DNA of 55,602 nucleotides, counting the filler, from Nanobdellati archaeon (GTDB lineage Archaea; Nanobdellota; Nanobdellia; Woesearchaeales; JAADFO01): assembly GCA_013152815.1 (NCBI GenBank). It is 3 parts of 3 records of this genome, joined end to end, with 100 filler letters (N's around TTAATTAATTAA, not from the genome) between each part and the next. Parts side by side here need not be neighbours in the genome. Positions count along the whole stretch, not along the records: positions 14,098 to 34,020 come from JAADFO010000071.1; 2 more parts are not named here. The stretch is one strand, 5' to 3'. The translations under genes and the position numbers were made by a program. The stretch's first letter is position 1. Each line of letters opens with the position of its first letter. Of this stretch, positions 19,888-27,658 are shown one piece after another. A model generated the notes under the pieces. The model saw only the letters and a list, made by a program, of their open reading frames with translations. It made no database searches and was not told the origin of the DNA.

Positions 19888-20085
19888 ATGGCACAACTAA
19901 TGACAAAACGAATTCCTGTTTCAGAGGACAGATGGAAGCAACTCGGACAAATGAAAGAAGCTGGCCAAACCTATGATGAGCTTATCGGTGAATTAGTACA
20001 CGTACACAACAGGAGAGAACTCGCACAGTTTGCTCGATCTGCTCACGCAGGCAAAGGTACTTGGCACAAGTTAGAGGATGTGTAG
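19888..20085 (+). CDS. ribbon-helix-helix-like antitoxin
   Basis: TKRIPVSEDRWKQL...GQTYDELI pattern; directly upstream of a RelE-like gene. Confidence 0.75.
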   Translation: MAQLMTKRIPVSEDRWKQLGQMKEAGQTYDELIGELVHVHNRRELAQFARSAHAGKGTWHKLEDV

Positions 20086-20087
20086 AT

Positions 20088-20372
20088 TTGTCTTACGAAA
20101 TCACACTATCTGATGAGGTAGTCGATTTCTTGCAATCATTAGACAAGAAAAGCATCATCATATGTAAAAAAAACTTGCAAAAACTCTCTCAACCCTACCC
20201 GGGAAGAGGTATTGGAGACAAAGAACGACTAGTTGTTGTAGGAGAAGAAGTATATCGACTCCACATAGGAAGATCATATACCGCATTCTATATTATTGAC
20301 GAAAAAGTAAAAACTGTACGGGTGCTTGAAATGCTATCCATTAAAGCAGCACATAAGAAATATGGGTTTTAA
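20088..20372 (+). CDS. relE: RelE/ParE-family toxin
   Basis: SYEITLSDEVVDFLQSLD...YRLHIGRSYTAFYII...VRV; TTG start after GAGGA. Confidence 0.82.
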   Translation: MSYEITLSDEVVDFLQSLDKKSIIICKKNLQKLSQPYPGRGIGDKERLVVVGEEVYRLHIGRSYTAFYIIDEKVKTVRVLEMLSIKAAHKKYGF

Positions 20373-20389
20373 AGAAGAGACCTCTTATG

Positions 20390-20635
20390 TCACAGAGGGG
20401 TATTGTTTCCGGGCGAGGCTATTCCAAACCCTTCTTGACAGCAACTAGGGCTGGGAGTGCAAATGATCTTTCTGTTCGTCTTGGAAAGGAAGTTCACATG
20501 ACCCACTGCAAACAACAACCCGAAAACCGCAGTTTCAGTCCTAAGTTTAAACTTTCTACTTATTTCATAGACTAATCTCTTAATCTCATATTTTGCCTTT
20601 CCATGAAATCTGAACTCTATTAGATAATGAACCAT
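20390..20635 (-). pseudogene. probably truncated AT-rich gene
   Basis: First ~33 codons (MVHYLIEFRFHGKAKYEIK) look protein-like, then composition shifts near 20540; a fusion or deletion is inferred. Confidence 0.4.
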
Positions 20636-20636
20636 A

Positions 20637-20930
20637 TTACTTCCTGCTTTTGTTGATGATCTTCTTTAATTCTCGTCTAGATCTCTGTGCCCTTTCAAGA
20701 GATGTTTTTGCCTTTGATTGGACTAATACTTCACCCATGTTGTAAGTAAAAGTTCCTCTTTTCTTCTTTTCGAAGAAGTATTCTTCCATTAATTCATCGG
20801 CTTTTTGTTTTCCAAGAATTTCAGCAGCATCTTCTTTTGCTTCAATAAAATCATCCAATAATTCTTTCTGTAATCTCCCTGTCAGGTAAAAATAATAGAT
20901 TACTGAATCAATCATACAGCCAAACCTCAT
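20637..20930 (-). CDS. hypothetical protein, AT-rich islet
   Basis: 97-aa charged ORF with GGAG upstream; abuts the next gene. Confidence 0.55.
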   Translation of the reverse strand: MRFGCMIDSVIYYFYLTGRLQKELLDDFIEAKEDAAEILGKQKADELMEEYFFEKKKRGTFTYNMGEVLVQSKAKTSLERAQRSRRELKKIINKSRK

Positions 20931-21034
20931 CTCCCTAAATTCTTCCTTAGCCCATCCATGATTGCTTTTCTTACATCCTTCAATAGAAAGAAAAAAAGGG
21001 CAAATGATGCCCCGGATATGTACTTTTTTCCTAC

Positions 21035-21123
21035 TGCCCCGTACGGGATCCTTGCGAACCTAGTGAGCGAGGTGCCAAAAACGTGAAACGTTTTTGAGCA
21101 TCGTTCGAAGCCCGACGGGGGCA
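21035..21123. repeat. tRNA-Glu 3'-end-derived palindromic element
   Basis: TGCCCCGTACGGGAT (identical to 21141-21155) at the left end; inverted degenerate copy GTTCGAAGCCCGACGGGGGCA at the right end. Confidence 0.8.
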
Positions 21124-21140
21124 TTCGAGCTATGCGAGAA

Positions 21141-21257
21141 TGCCCCGTACGGGATTCGAACCCGTGTCAATGCCTGTCTCCGGCGAGGAGACCTCAGCGA
21201 TCTCTGATCGCTCGCCGCGAAAGGGCACTATGATTGGCCGGACTACACCAACGGGGC
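21141..21257 (-). tRNA. tRNA-Glu(TTC) with 42-nt canonical intron (21176-21217)
   Basis: GCCCCGTTGGTGTAGTCCGG..., anticodon arm GTGCC-CT-TTC-G|intron|A-GGCAT, GGTTCGAATCC T-arm. Confidence 0.93.
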
Positions 21258-21330
21258 ATCTGTTATCTGTGGGATTCACGAGATAAGGAATCGTTTAAAA
21301 AGGTTACTGAGAAAATACTATCAAATACCC

Positions 21331-21807
21331 TCATATCGTCTTTATCGCATCCTTCAATTCAGCCTTCTCTCTATCCAAAAGTTCAAGTGAGTTTTCAAGA
21401 TGTCTTATATGAGTACGAACGACTTTAATGGCATTGTCAAGAGCGTCATCGTTGTCTTCGAAAGTGTTCTTGAAATGTGCATGTTTTTCAAGCAATTCTT
21501 TCATCAAGGTATCATTTGTACTGTTCTTTAAAGTTGAATTGTTCTGATTCAATTCATTAAAGAGCTCTGTTGTCCAATGGAAAATTAATCCAAGATCCTT
21601 CTCAAAGATAGGAAGATAATCAGGTATCTTCCGGTCTATTCTTTCAATATGATGTGCATGTAATTCAGAATCTAATAATTGCAGGTTTTCCAATAACGCG
21701 TCAAGATAAGTTCGTAATCGATTCGTAAGTTTGATAACTTTTTGTCTATTGCCTGCATCATATGCTTTTTCCAGGTTATCAATCCCATCATATATTGTCT
21801 TAAGCAT
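21331..21807 (-). CDS. hypothetical alpha-helical protein, AT-rich
   Basis: 158-aa ORF between tRNA-Ile and tRNA-Glu with codon usage unlike the core genes. Confidence 0.65.
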   Translation of the reverse strand: MLKTIYDGIDNLEKAYDAGNRQKVIKLTNRLRTYLDALLENLQLLDSELHAHHIERIDRKIPDYLPIFEKDLGLIFHWTTELFNELNQNNSTLKNSTNDTLMKELLEKHAHFKNTFEDNDDALDNAIKVVRTHIRHLENSLELLDREKAELKDAIKTI

Positions 21808-21860
21808 AGATGAAGTAAGAACAGCACTCCTATTTATTGATTATCAATAAAGAAAATAAG

Positions 21861-21966
21861 TGGGCCTGGGGGGATTTGAACCTCTGCTAGTTCGCAATCT
21901 AACGATTGCTGCACCTTACGCCCAGAGCAGGCGTCCGTAAGTAGGGTATCCTCCGGAAACCCTACG
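21861..21966. repeat. tRNA-Ile 3'-end duplicate plus hairpin trailer
   Basis: 22-bp TGGGCCTGGGGGGATTTGAACC at 21861-21882 equals 21980-22001; three hairpins lie between the copies. Confidence 0.8.
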
Positions 21967-21979
21967 AAGAAATAAAAAA

Positions 21980-22090
21980 TGGGCCTGGGGGGATTTGAAC
22001 CCCCGACCACTGCTTGTCCTCGCATATTGATGTTGGATGAAACACCCTCATATAAGAGCAGCGCTCCAGACCGGACTAAGCTACAGGCCC
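21980..22090 (-). tRNA. tRNA-Ile(TAT) with 35-nt canonical intron (22016-22050)
   Basis: GGGCCTGTAGCTTAG..., anticodon arm CTGCT-CT-TAT-A|intron|A-AGCAG, GGTTCAAATCC. Confidence 0.9.
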
Positions 22091-22118
22091 AGGGGGACAG
22101 CTAGGTCAGGAATGGTTT

Positions 22119-23375
22119 TTATAGGTTTGCGTGAGGCCGGTGAGCGACATCCTTCCGTTCCTCTGCCATGGCGGTGGCAGAGACCAACGAAAGCGCCATG
22201 AAGAAAGCGACCTGTTCTCGGGTGATATCAGAATGCGGCTTTGCACCCGCTCCCCAGAAACCTGGACAGAGCACGCCCTGAGCAAATGATGCTCCACGGC
22301 TGTTGAGGTTATCATGGGTCCCCTTCCTGCTATTATGCCGGAAGAAGCCGCCGAGGGAATGATCGGCGACGACCATCATCACCGGCTCTGCCGGCTCATG
22401 GTCATAGGTTATCACGGTCGGGATGCCCTCCTGGATGATGACCGAATCGACCTTCTGGCTCATGTTCCCTTTGTCAAGATCCCGCCGTGCAGCACTATTG
22501 ATCGAAAGGAACTCCTCTGGCGAAGCGACCTGGATGATGCTCCGGCCATGGGCACCGGCATTGTCCTTGACATAGACGAAGGGCTTCTCCTCGATGCCAT
22601 AGCGGTCATATTTCTCTTGTATCCTGCTGAGCATCTTCCCGATCCTCCGGGCGACCTCATCAAGGTTCTTCTTTGCCCTATAGTCGATGCCGTCGACCAC
22701 GTCGAAATAAGCCAGGAGACGCCAGGGGTCGATGCCGATCTCCCTGGCGACGGTCGTGAGCAGCCGGTTCGCGTGGGTGAAATGGTCGCTCTTCCTGCGA
22801 CGATGCCATCCGAGAGCAGGAAGGGGAGTTATGGGCTGGCTGATGCCTTCCAACCGTGCAGGCATCGCACCGGCAAGCGCATTGTTGAGCAGGATGAGAT
22901 CAGGTATGAATCCGTCGACGACAAGCATATCCCCTTCTCTTTGCGCTTTCCAGACGGTCAGCCAGTGGCCGCCGGCCGTCCTCACCGCTTCCTTCACCGC
23001 AGCCATGGTCTCGTCGATACGGGCTATTCTCGTCGTGAACCCTGCATCCTGGACGATGCGTTGCAGATAATGCATGTTCTCAAGATAGAAGAGGTTGCGC
23101 GTGAAGTTCTCGGCGATGAGCAGGATGGTCCTGGTGCCGGGGTGATGTGTCTCCACATGGCTTTTCAGATGCCGGCTCACATCCTGCAGACAATACTCAG
23201 AGAGATTGTTGAACCCCGACGGGAAGATATTTGCGTCGACGATGGCGGTCTTCCAGCCGGCATGACGCAGGTCGAAACTGCCATAGAGCGAGGGGATAAG
23301 ATGAGAGAAATGCTTCCGGGCGAAGGAATCCAGCTTCTCTGACCAGGTCTCCCAATCAGGTTCATCCATGGACAT
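22119..23375 (-). CDS. gshA: glutamate--cysteine ligase (ATP-grasp GshA type)
   Basis: DLRHAGWK..VDANIFPSGFNNL, ILLNN, GWHRRRKSDHF, IIQEGIPT, AEPV, NLNSRG. Confidence 0.85.
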   Translation of the reverse strand: MSMDEPDWETWSEKLDSFARKHFSHLIPSLYGSFDLRHAGWKTAIVDANIFPSGFNNLSEYCLQDVSRHLKSHVETHHPGTRTILLIAENFTRNLFYLENMHYLQRIVQDAGFTTRIARIDETMAAVKEAVRTAGGHWLTVWKAQREGDMLVVDGFIPDLILLNNALAGAMPARLEGISQPITPLPALGWHRRRKSDHFTHANRLLTTVAREIGIDPWRLLAYFDVVDGIDYRAKKNLDEVARRIGKMLSRIQEKYDRYGIEEKPFVYVKDNAGAHGRSIIQVASPEEFLSINSAARRDLDKGNMSQKVDSVIIQEGIPTVITYDHEPAEPVMMVVADHSLGGFFRHNSRKGTHDNLNSRGASFAQGVLCPGFWGAGAKPHSDITREQVAFFMALSLVSATAMAEERKDVAHRPHANL

Positions 23376-23696
23376 TCATCCCATATCCTGTATCCTTGCG
23401 ACCATCTCATCGGACCGCAGGATCTTCTCGACAGGACCATCCCCCTTCTGGATGAGCAGCTTCGGGACAGCAACATCGCCGGCAAAGAGCTCGCCGAAGG
23501 TCTTGCCTATCAGCTCAGGGAACAGTCTTCCGTCGTAGGTTATCTCTGCCCGGCTCGGATGGTCAAGCCTGCGTGACACTTCATTGAATTCAAAGGGAAC
23601 CGCCTTCAGGCGCAACGCATCCAGCACGGTCATGCAGAATGGACAGCCCTCATCACCGAAAAGCGCTATTCTGGAGTCTTCTTTGATAGGGAACAC
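23376..23696 (-). CDS. glutaredoxin-like protein
   Basis: GCPFC active site and VAVPKL cis-Pro motif; abuts gshA. Confidence 0.75.
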   Translation of the reverse strand: MFPIKEDSRIALFGDEGCPFCMTVLDALRLKAVPFEFNEVSRRLDHPSRAEITYDGRLFPELIGKTFGELFAGDVAVPKLLIQKGDGPVEKILRSDEMVARIQDMG

Positions 23697-23824
23697 CTCC
23701 TATTCATGTATAGCTTGTCCAGAAGACCTCAGGAAGGGCTTTTAAGATTTATGGAAGGAAGACCAGAGAGACCAGTCCAGAAGAGCGAAAAGTATATAAA
23801 GAGGAGAAGTTATTATTATTACTA

Positions 23825-24001
23825 ATGAGTGATAACACCATGATATGCAATCATTGCACCTATGCCTGGCAGACAAGAGTAGCCTCACCCAAATCCTGCC
23901 CAAGGTGCAAACGACGGTTCGACTATCAGGAAGCGAAGATAGTCCTGAGACGGCTCAGCAAGCAGTTCGGCTATCGGTTGACGGGTGATATCGATGGCTG
24001 A
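23825..24001 (+). CDS. small zinc-ribbon protein (58 aa, missing from ORF track)
   Basis: MSDNTMICNHCTYAWQTRVASPKSCPRCKRRFDY...; AAAAGTATATAAA promoter about 25 bp upstream. Confidence 0.75.
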   Translation: MSDNTMICNHCTYAWQTRVASPKSCPRCKRRFDYQEAKIVLRRLSKQFGYRLTGDIDG

Positions 24002-24713
24002 CGGGCTCACCGACGCTGTCAACGAGGAGCATGACAGACAAAAGTCTTCTGGCTTATTGAAACGCGCCGCAAAACTGGTCTATTCCGCAGGCGTAGCGAC
24101 AGCGGTCACGGCCCTGACGGTCTCCACGGTCGGGACCGTCCCCATCCTTGTCGGTGGGGCATTCGGATTAGGCTCATTCATAGGAACTGCCATCAAAGGA
24201 GGGATGCCGTTGGATACCATGGTCAATGATGCGTTGAACAGCTACAGCGCGATAACTGCCGTGGTCTATCCCATGATCGTTTTAGGGGACGTCACCTTCC
24301 CTGTCGTCAATGATATCGGTGTCGGCGTGGCTGGAGATATGGGCGGAGCCATCGCGAAATCAGCCTATGCGCTCACCGCCTATCTCGCAACCTTCATCGG
24401 CGCCTTCAAAGGCACCCATCATCTCATCAGCCATTATGGTGATCCGAAAGGCATCACCGAAAGCCTGAAAGATAACTTCTGGGCAGACTACAAACGGTTC
24501 GCCTGGATCTTCGCGCCATCCTTGGTGAGCGCCGCCGTTGGTGTACCAAACTGGTATGGACTGCCGGCATTCGCGGTCAACTCGCTGCCTGCAGCGGCCT
24601 ATCAGACCTACAACCCGCCCGGACAGCCCGATGAGAAGAAATACACCGCACCAGCACCGAGTCCGAAGCCAGCACCTGCTCCAGCGACTACACCGGCAAC
24701 GCAGCCAGGCTGA
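23994..24713 (+). CDS. hypothetical multi-pass membrane protein with Pro/Ala tail
   Basis: GGTGA SD; several Gly/Ala-rich hydrophobic helices; overlaps the Zn-ribbon stop. Confidence 0.7.
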   Translation: MADGLTDAVNEEHDRQKSSGLLKRAAKLVYSAGVATAVTALTVSTVGTVPILVGGAFGLGSFIGTAIKGGMPLDTMVNDALNSYSAITAVVYPMIVLGDVTFPVVNDIGVGVAGDMGGAIAKSAYALTAYLATFIGAFKGTHHLISHYGDPKGITESLKDNFWADYKRFAWIFAPSLVSAAVGVPNWYGLPAFAVNSLPAAAYQTYNPPGQPDEKKYTAPAPSPKPAPAPATTPATQPG

Positions 24714-24822
24714 GGTGATGGACCCTCCCCCCATCTTCCACGATTCGTCCTGGACAGCGAACAGCGATCCAATCTGCTCTTTTCAGAGGTCGATTGATGG
24801 GGACTGATGATTATCCGGTAGT

Positions 24823-25566
24823 TCACTCATCTAAAGACCGACGATAATCTTTGCTGTTCTCTTTCTTCAGAGGATCGATGGGTTGTCCTTTCTTATGCTC
24901 CGGCATCATATCGAAGAGCAGCCTATCTAATTTGAGGCCCGGGAAGATAGTGGTGTCGGCTAAGGTGTAGAATCCCTCTTCGAAATAAGGGAAGTTGACG
25001 GAGAAGGCCTTATAGATTGCCTGCTTGATCGGATCAGTCTCCAGGAGATGGGCACGCCGATAGGCATGGATGCCACGACGCTCATACCATTCTTGACCAA
25101 GGATCTCTCGGGTCTGCTTCCTGAAGTAGTAAGCGTTGGTGAAAAGGGAGAGGTTCAGGAGGCAAAGCTCCCCGATGGTCCGGTACCATTCAGTCTTAGT
25201 CTTCACATTCTCGAAAGGCAACTTCTCGAGGTCATCGAAATTGTAGAAGATGAAATCCCGTGTTGTCGTCCAATCAATCAGATGACGAGTCATGAACTTG
25301 CCGCTGAGGATCCGGGTCAGATAGTCCAAGGAAAAGAGATTGTCTACAATTTCACCGTCGTAGAACGTGGAAACCACCAACGGAAAGAAATAGGGAGTCA
25401 GATCAGGAAGGGCGAGGATTTGATCCTTGTCGAATAGCTCCACAATCGATGTTGCAAATTTCTGGACACTATCGACGGGTTTCTCCCGGAACACCTCTTC
25501 ACGTAAATCGGCGTTCCCTTCCTGGATCGTCCTGAGCAGGACTGACCGGTCATCATTGTCGTCCAT
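24823..25566 (-). CDS. hypothetical protein
   Basis: 247-aa ORF downstream of tRNA-Gly; no motif confidently recognised. Confidence 0.65.
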   Translation of the reverse strand: MDDNDDRSVLLRTIQEGNADLREEVFREKPVDSVQKFATSIVELFDKDQILALPDLTPYFFPLVVSTFYDGEIVDNLFSLDYLTRILSGKFMTRHLIDWTTTRDFIFYNFDDLEKLPFENVKTKTEWYRTIGELCLLNLSLFTNAYYFRKQTREILGQEWYERRGIHAYRRAHLLETDPIKQAIYKAFSVNFPYFEEGFYTLADTTIFPGLKLDRLLFDMMPEHKKGQPIDPLKKENSKDYRRSLDE

Positions 25567-25668
25567 TTACAATAAGAAGAAGCAGATAGAATTTATAATG
25601 ACTGCGACGACAGGCCCTCAAAAATTGAGAAGTTTTTGGTAGCCCGCCTTACGGATCACCGGGGATGA

Positions 25669-25742
25669 TGCGACGGCCGGGATTCGAACCCGGATCTCCA
25701 CCGTGGCAGGGTAGTGTCCTAGCCAGATTAGACTACCGTCGC
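25669..25742 (-). tRNA. tRNA-Gly(GCC)
   Basis: GCGACGG acceptor, CTACC-CT-GCC-AC-GGTGG, GGTTCGAATCC. Confidence 0.95.
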
Positions 25743-25791
25743 GCGAATCCCATTGGTGTCTTACAGCGTTATATAAAGATTTCTAATGGCA

Positions 25792-26010
25792 GAAATAAAT
25801 GGGCCCGGCCGGATAATAAGGTCCAGAGCGGTTCGCGACCTTTCGGTCGCTGCACCATTTCGATTCTGGAGCCCGAAGTAGGTCTCGCTAACGCTCGAGC
25901 CTACTAAAAAAATAGAACATATAGGCCCGGCGGATTCATCGTGAGCATAACGAGCGATGTGCCAGCAATCTCCAGATTGCTGAGCATGTTCAAACGCGGA
26001 CGGCTCTAAT
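25792..26010. repeat. two tandem tRNA-Val 3'-end-derived structured elements
   Basis: GAAATAAATGGGCCCGGCCGGAT at 25792-25814 equals 26020-26042; degenerate copy GGCCCGGCGGATT at 25924-25936; hairpin cores follow each copy. Confidence 0.8.
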
Positions 26011-26027
26011 CTCTAATATGAAATAAA

Positions 26028-26102
26028 TGGGCCCGGCCGGATTTGAACCGACGACCTTCGCCTTGTAAAGGCAACGTCATAGCCGGACTAGACTACGGGC
26101 CC
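26028..26102 (-). tRNA. tRNA-Val(TAC)
   Basis: GGGCCCG acceptor, TTGCC-TT-TAC-AA-GGCGA, GGTTCAAATCC. Confidence 0.95.
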
Positions 26103-26167
26103 GGATGCTCCTGTGATGCCCTGTTCTTAAAAAAGCTTTTCCTGTCTACGCCCGCACAATACCATTA

Positions 26168-26192
26168 TAATAATAGTATAATACTATTATTA
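26168..26192. promoter_or_regulatory. perfect inverted-repeat operator
   Basis: TAATAATAGTAT-A-ATACTATTATTA upstream of the TATA box of the AbrB-like gene. Confidence 0.6.
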
Positions 26193-26234
26193 GACAGAAA
26201 ATTATATAAAGAAGAATAGTATTCTAATAGTATC

Positions 26235-26390
26235 ATGACAAGAGTTCTCAGCACAGGGAAACAGTTTGTCATCACCATACCGAAAGATCTGATCTCGCTC
26301 ATGGGCTGGGTAAAAGGGACTGAGGTCCTCATCTCAAAATTTCCAGAAAAGAATCTGCTCTACATCGAGGAGGTGAAGAAACATGGCTGA
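26235..26390 (+). CDS. AbrB/MazE/SpoVT-family DNA-binding protein (51 aa, missing from ORF track)
   Basis: MTRVLSTGKQFVITIPKDLISLMGWVKGTEVLI... swapped-hairpin pattern. Confidence 0.8.
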   Translation: MTRVLSTGKQFVITIPKDLISLMGWVKGTEVLISKFPEKNLLYIEEVKKHG

Positions 26391-26529
26391 AAGAGAGATC
26401 TGGTTTCACATCGTCCACGAACTGAGGCCGGCGGTGAAGGGCAATGGAGCATCGTTCCATCACATCAGTCTGACGCATAATTTCGAGTACAACTACGACA
26501 GACCGCACCCCATCGCCACTATCAAGTAA
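26383..26529 (+). CDS. 48-aa His-rich small ORF
   Basis: Strong GGAGGTGA SD; overlaps the AbrB stop; MAEREIWFHIVHELRPAVKGNGASFHHISLTHNFEYNYDRPHPIATIK. Confidence 0.55.
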   Translation: MAEREIWFHIVHELRPAVKGNGASFHHISLTHNFEYNYDRPHPIATIK

Positions 26530-26761
26530 TCGAAGGGAAAAAGAGGTGATTGCGGCCCAAGAGCCGCACATAAAAGGTGGTTGCCTGAGCAGAAATGAAA
26601 GCGAAAACGAGGTTCAGAATCCTTGTTGGAGCTTCTTCTTTACACCCCCCAAATCTGCAAATCAGGCAACCTCTTTTCTTTCCAGGAAGATTTATATAGG
26701 AGAAGTATTCAAGTATAGAGAATAGTATATTGGCCTGTTGGGTCTGATCTGTGCGAAGGCC

Positions 26762-27598
26762 ATGCCAAAAGACAGGAAAACAGAAGAAAAGATTGATAAA
26801 GCACCGTCAAAGACGGGAAGAACCATGCAAGAGCAGATCTTTGATATCCTTTTCAATGAGGATGAGATAACCTGGCAGTCCATCATCTTCGATCTCATCC
26901 GAGAGAACAAGTTAGATCCCTGGGATATTGACCTTTCCATGCTTGCAGGAAAGTTCCTGGAGATGCTCAAGACCTTCAAGAAGATGGATTTCAGGATATC
27001 AGGAAAGATCCTTCTCGCCGCCGCCATCCTCCTCCGGATAAAATCGAACAAGCTCTTCGACGACTATGTGGCTGATTTCGACCGCATCATCAGCAGCGAC
27101 GACACTCTTGCAGAGGAATTCTATGAAGAGCTGGAAGCAGAAGCAGCCCTCAATATGCACGAAAAGGTGGACAAGGAATTCAAGCTCATCCCGAGAACAC
27201 CCCAGCCCCGGAAGAGGAAGGTCTCGGTCTTCGACCTGGTGGATGCCCTCCAGAAGGCCCTCGAGGTCCAGGAAAGGCGGCTTGCACGACCGCGATCCAT
27301 TGCGCCAAAGGTCACCGCACCCACCGACCATATGGACATATCGATGATCATCGACTCCATCTACAGCAAGGTCGTCGCCTATTATGCAAATTCAGAGGAA
27401 CGGCTGAGCTTCTCTGCGCTCATACCCTCGGAGTCCAAAGAGGACAAGGTCTATACGTTCATCCCGCTCCTTCACCTGGATAACCAACAAAGGGTCGACC
27501 TGAACCAGAAAGAGCAGTTCGGCGAGATCTTCATCGACCTGATGAAGGATGACCCGAAGCAAGGCGGGTTGGCCATCGCCGATGACGACAAGAAGTAG
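26762..27598 (+). CDS. scpA: segregation and condensation protein A (kleisin)
   Basis: LDPWDIDL, LLAAAILLRIKS, RKVSVFDLVDAL, FIPLLHL...LNQKEQFGEI. Confidence 0.92.
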   Translation: MPKDRKTEEKIDKAPSKTGRTMQEQIFDILFNEDEITWQSIIFDLIRENKLDPWDIDLSMLAGKFLEMLKTFKKMDFRISGKILLAAAILLRIKSNKLFDDYVADFDRIISSDDTLAEEFYEELEAEAALNMHEKVDKEFKLIPRTPQPRKRKVSVFDLVDALQKALEVQERRLARPRSIAPKVTAPTDHMDISMIIDSIYSKVVAYYANSEERLSFSALIPSESKEDKVYTFIPLLHLDNQQRVDLNQKEQFGEIFIDLMKDDPKQGGLAIADDDKK

Positions 27599-27658
27599 GG
27601 GGATGACGGCAGAAAAGAAGGCCATACTTTTATAAACATCTTCACGTTCTTGCAGGCC

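Noticed and set aside
21035..21123. tRNA 3'-end copies as halves of split (trans-spliced) tRNAs
   Set aside because: Intact full-length genes are adjacent, and the copies stop in the T-arm with no anticodon-arm half or complementary leader.
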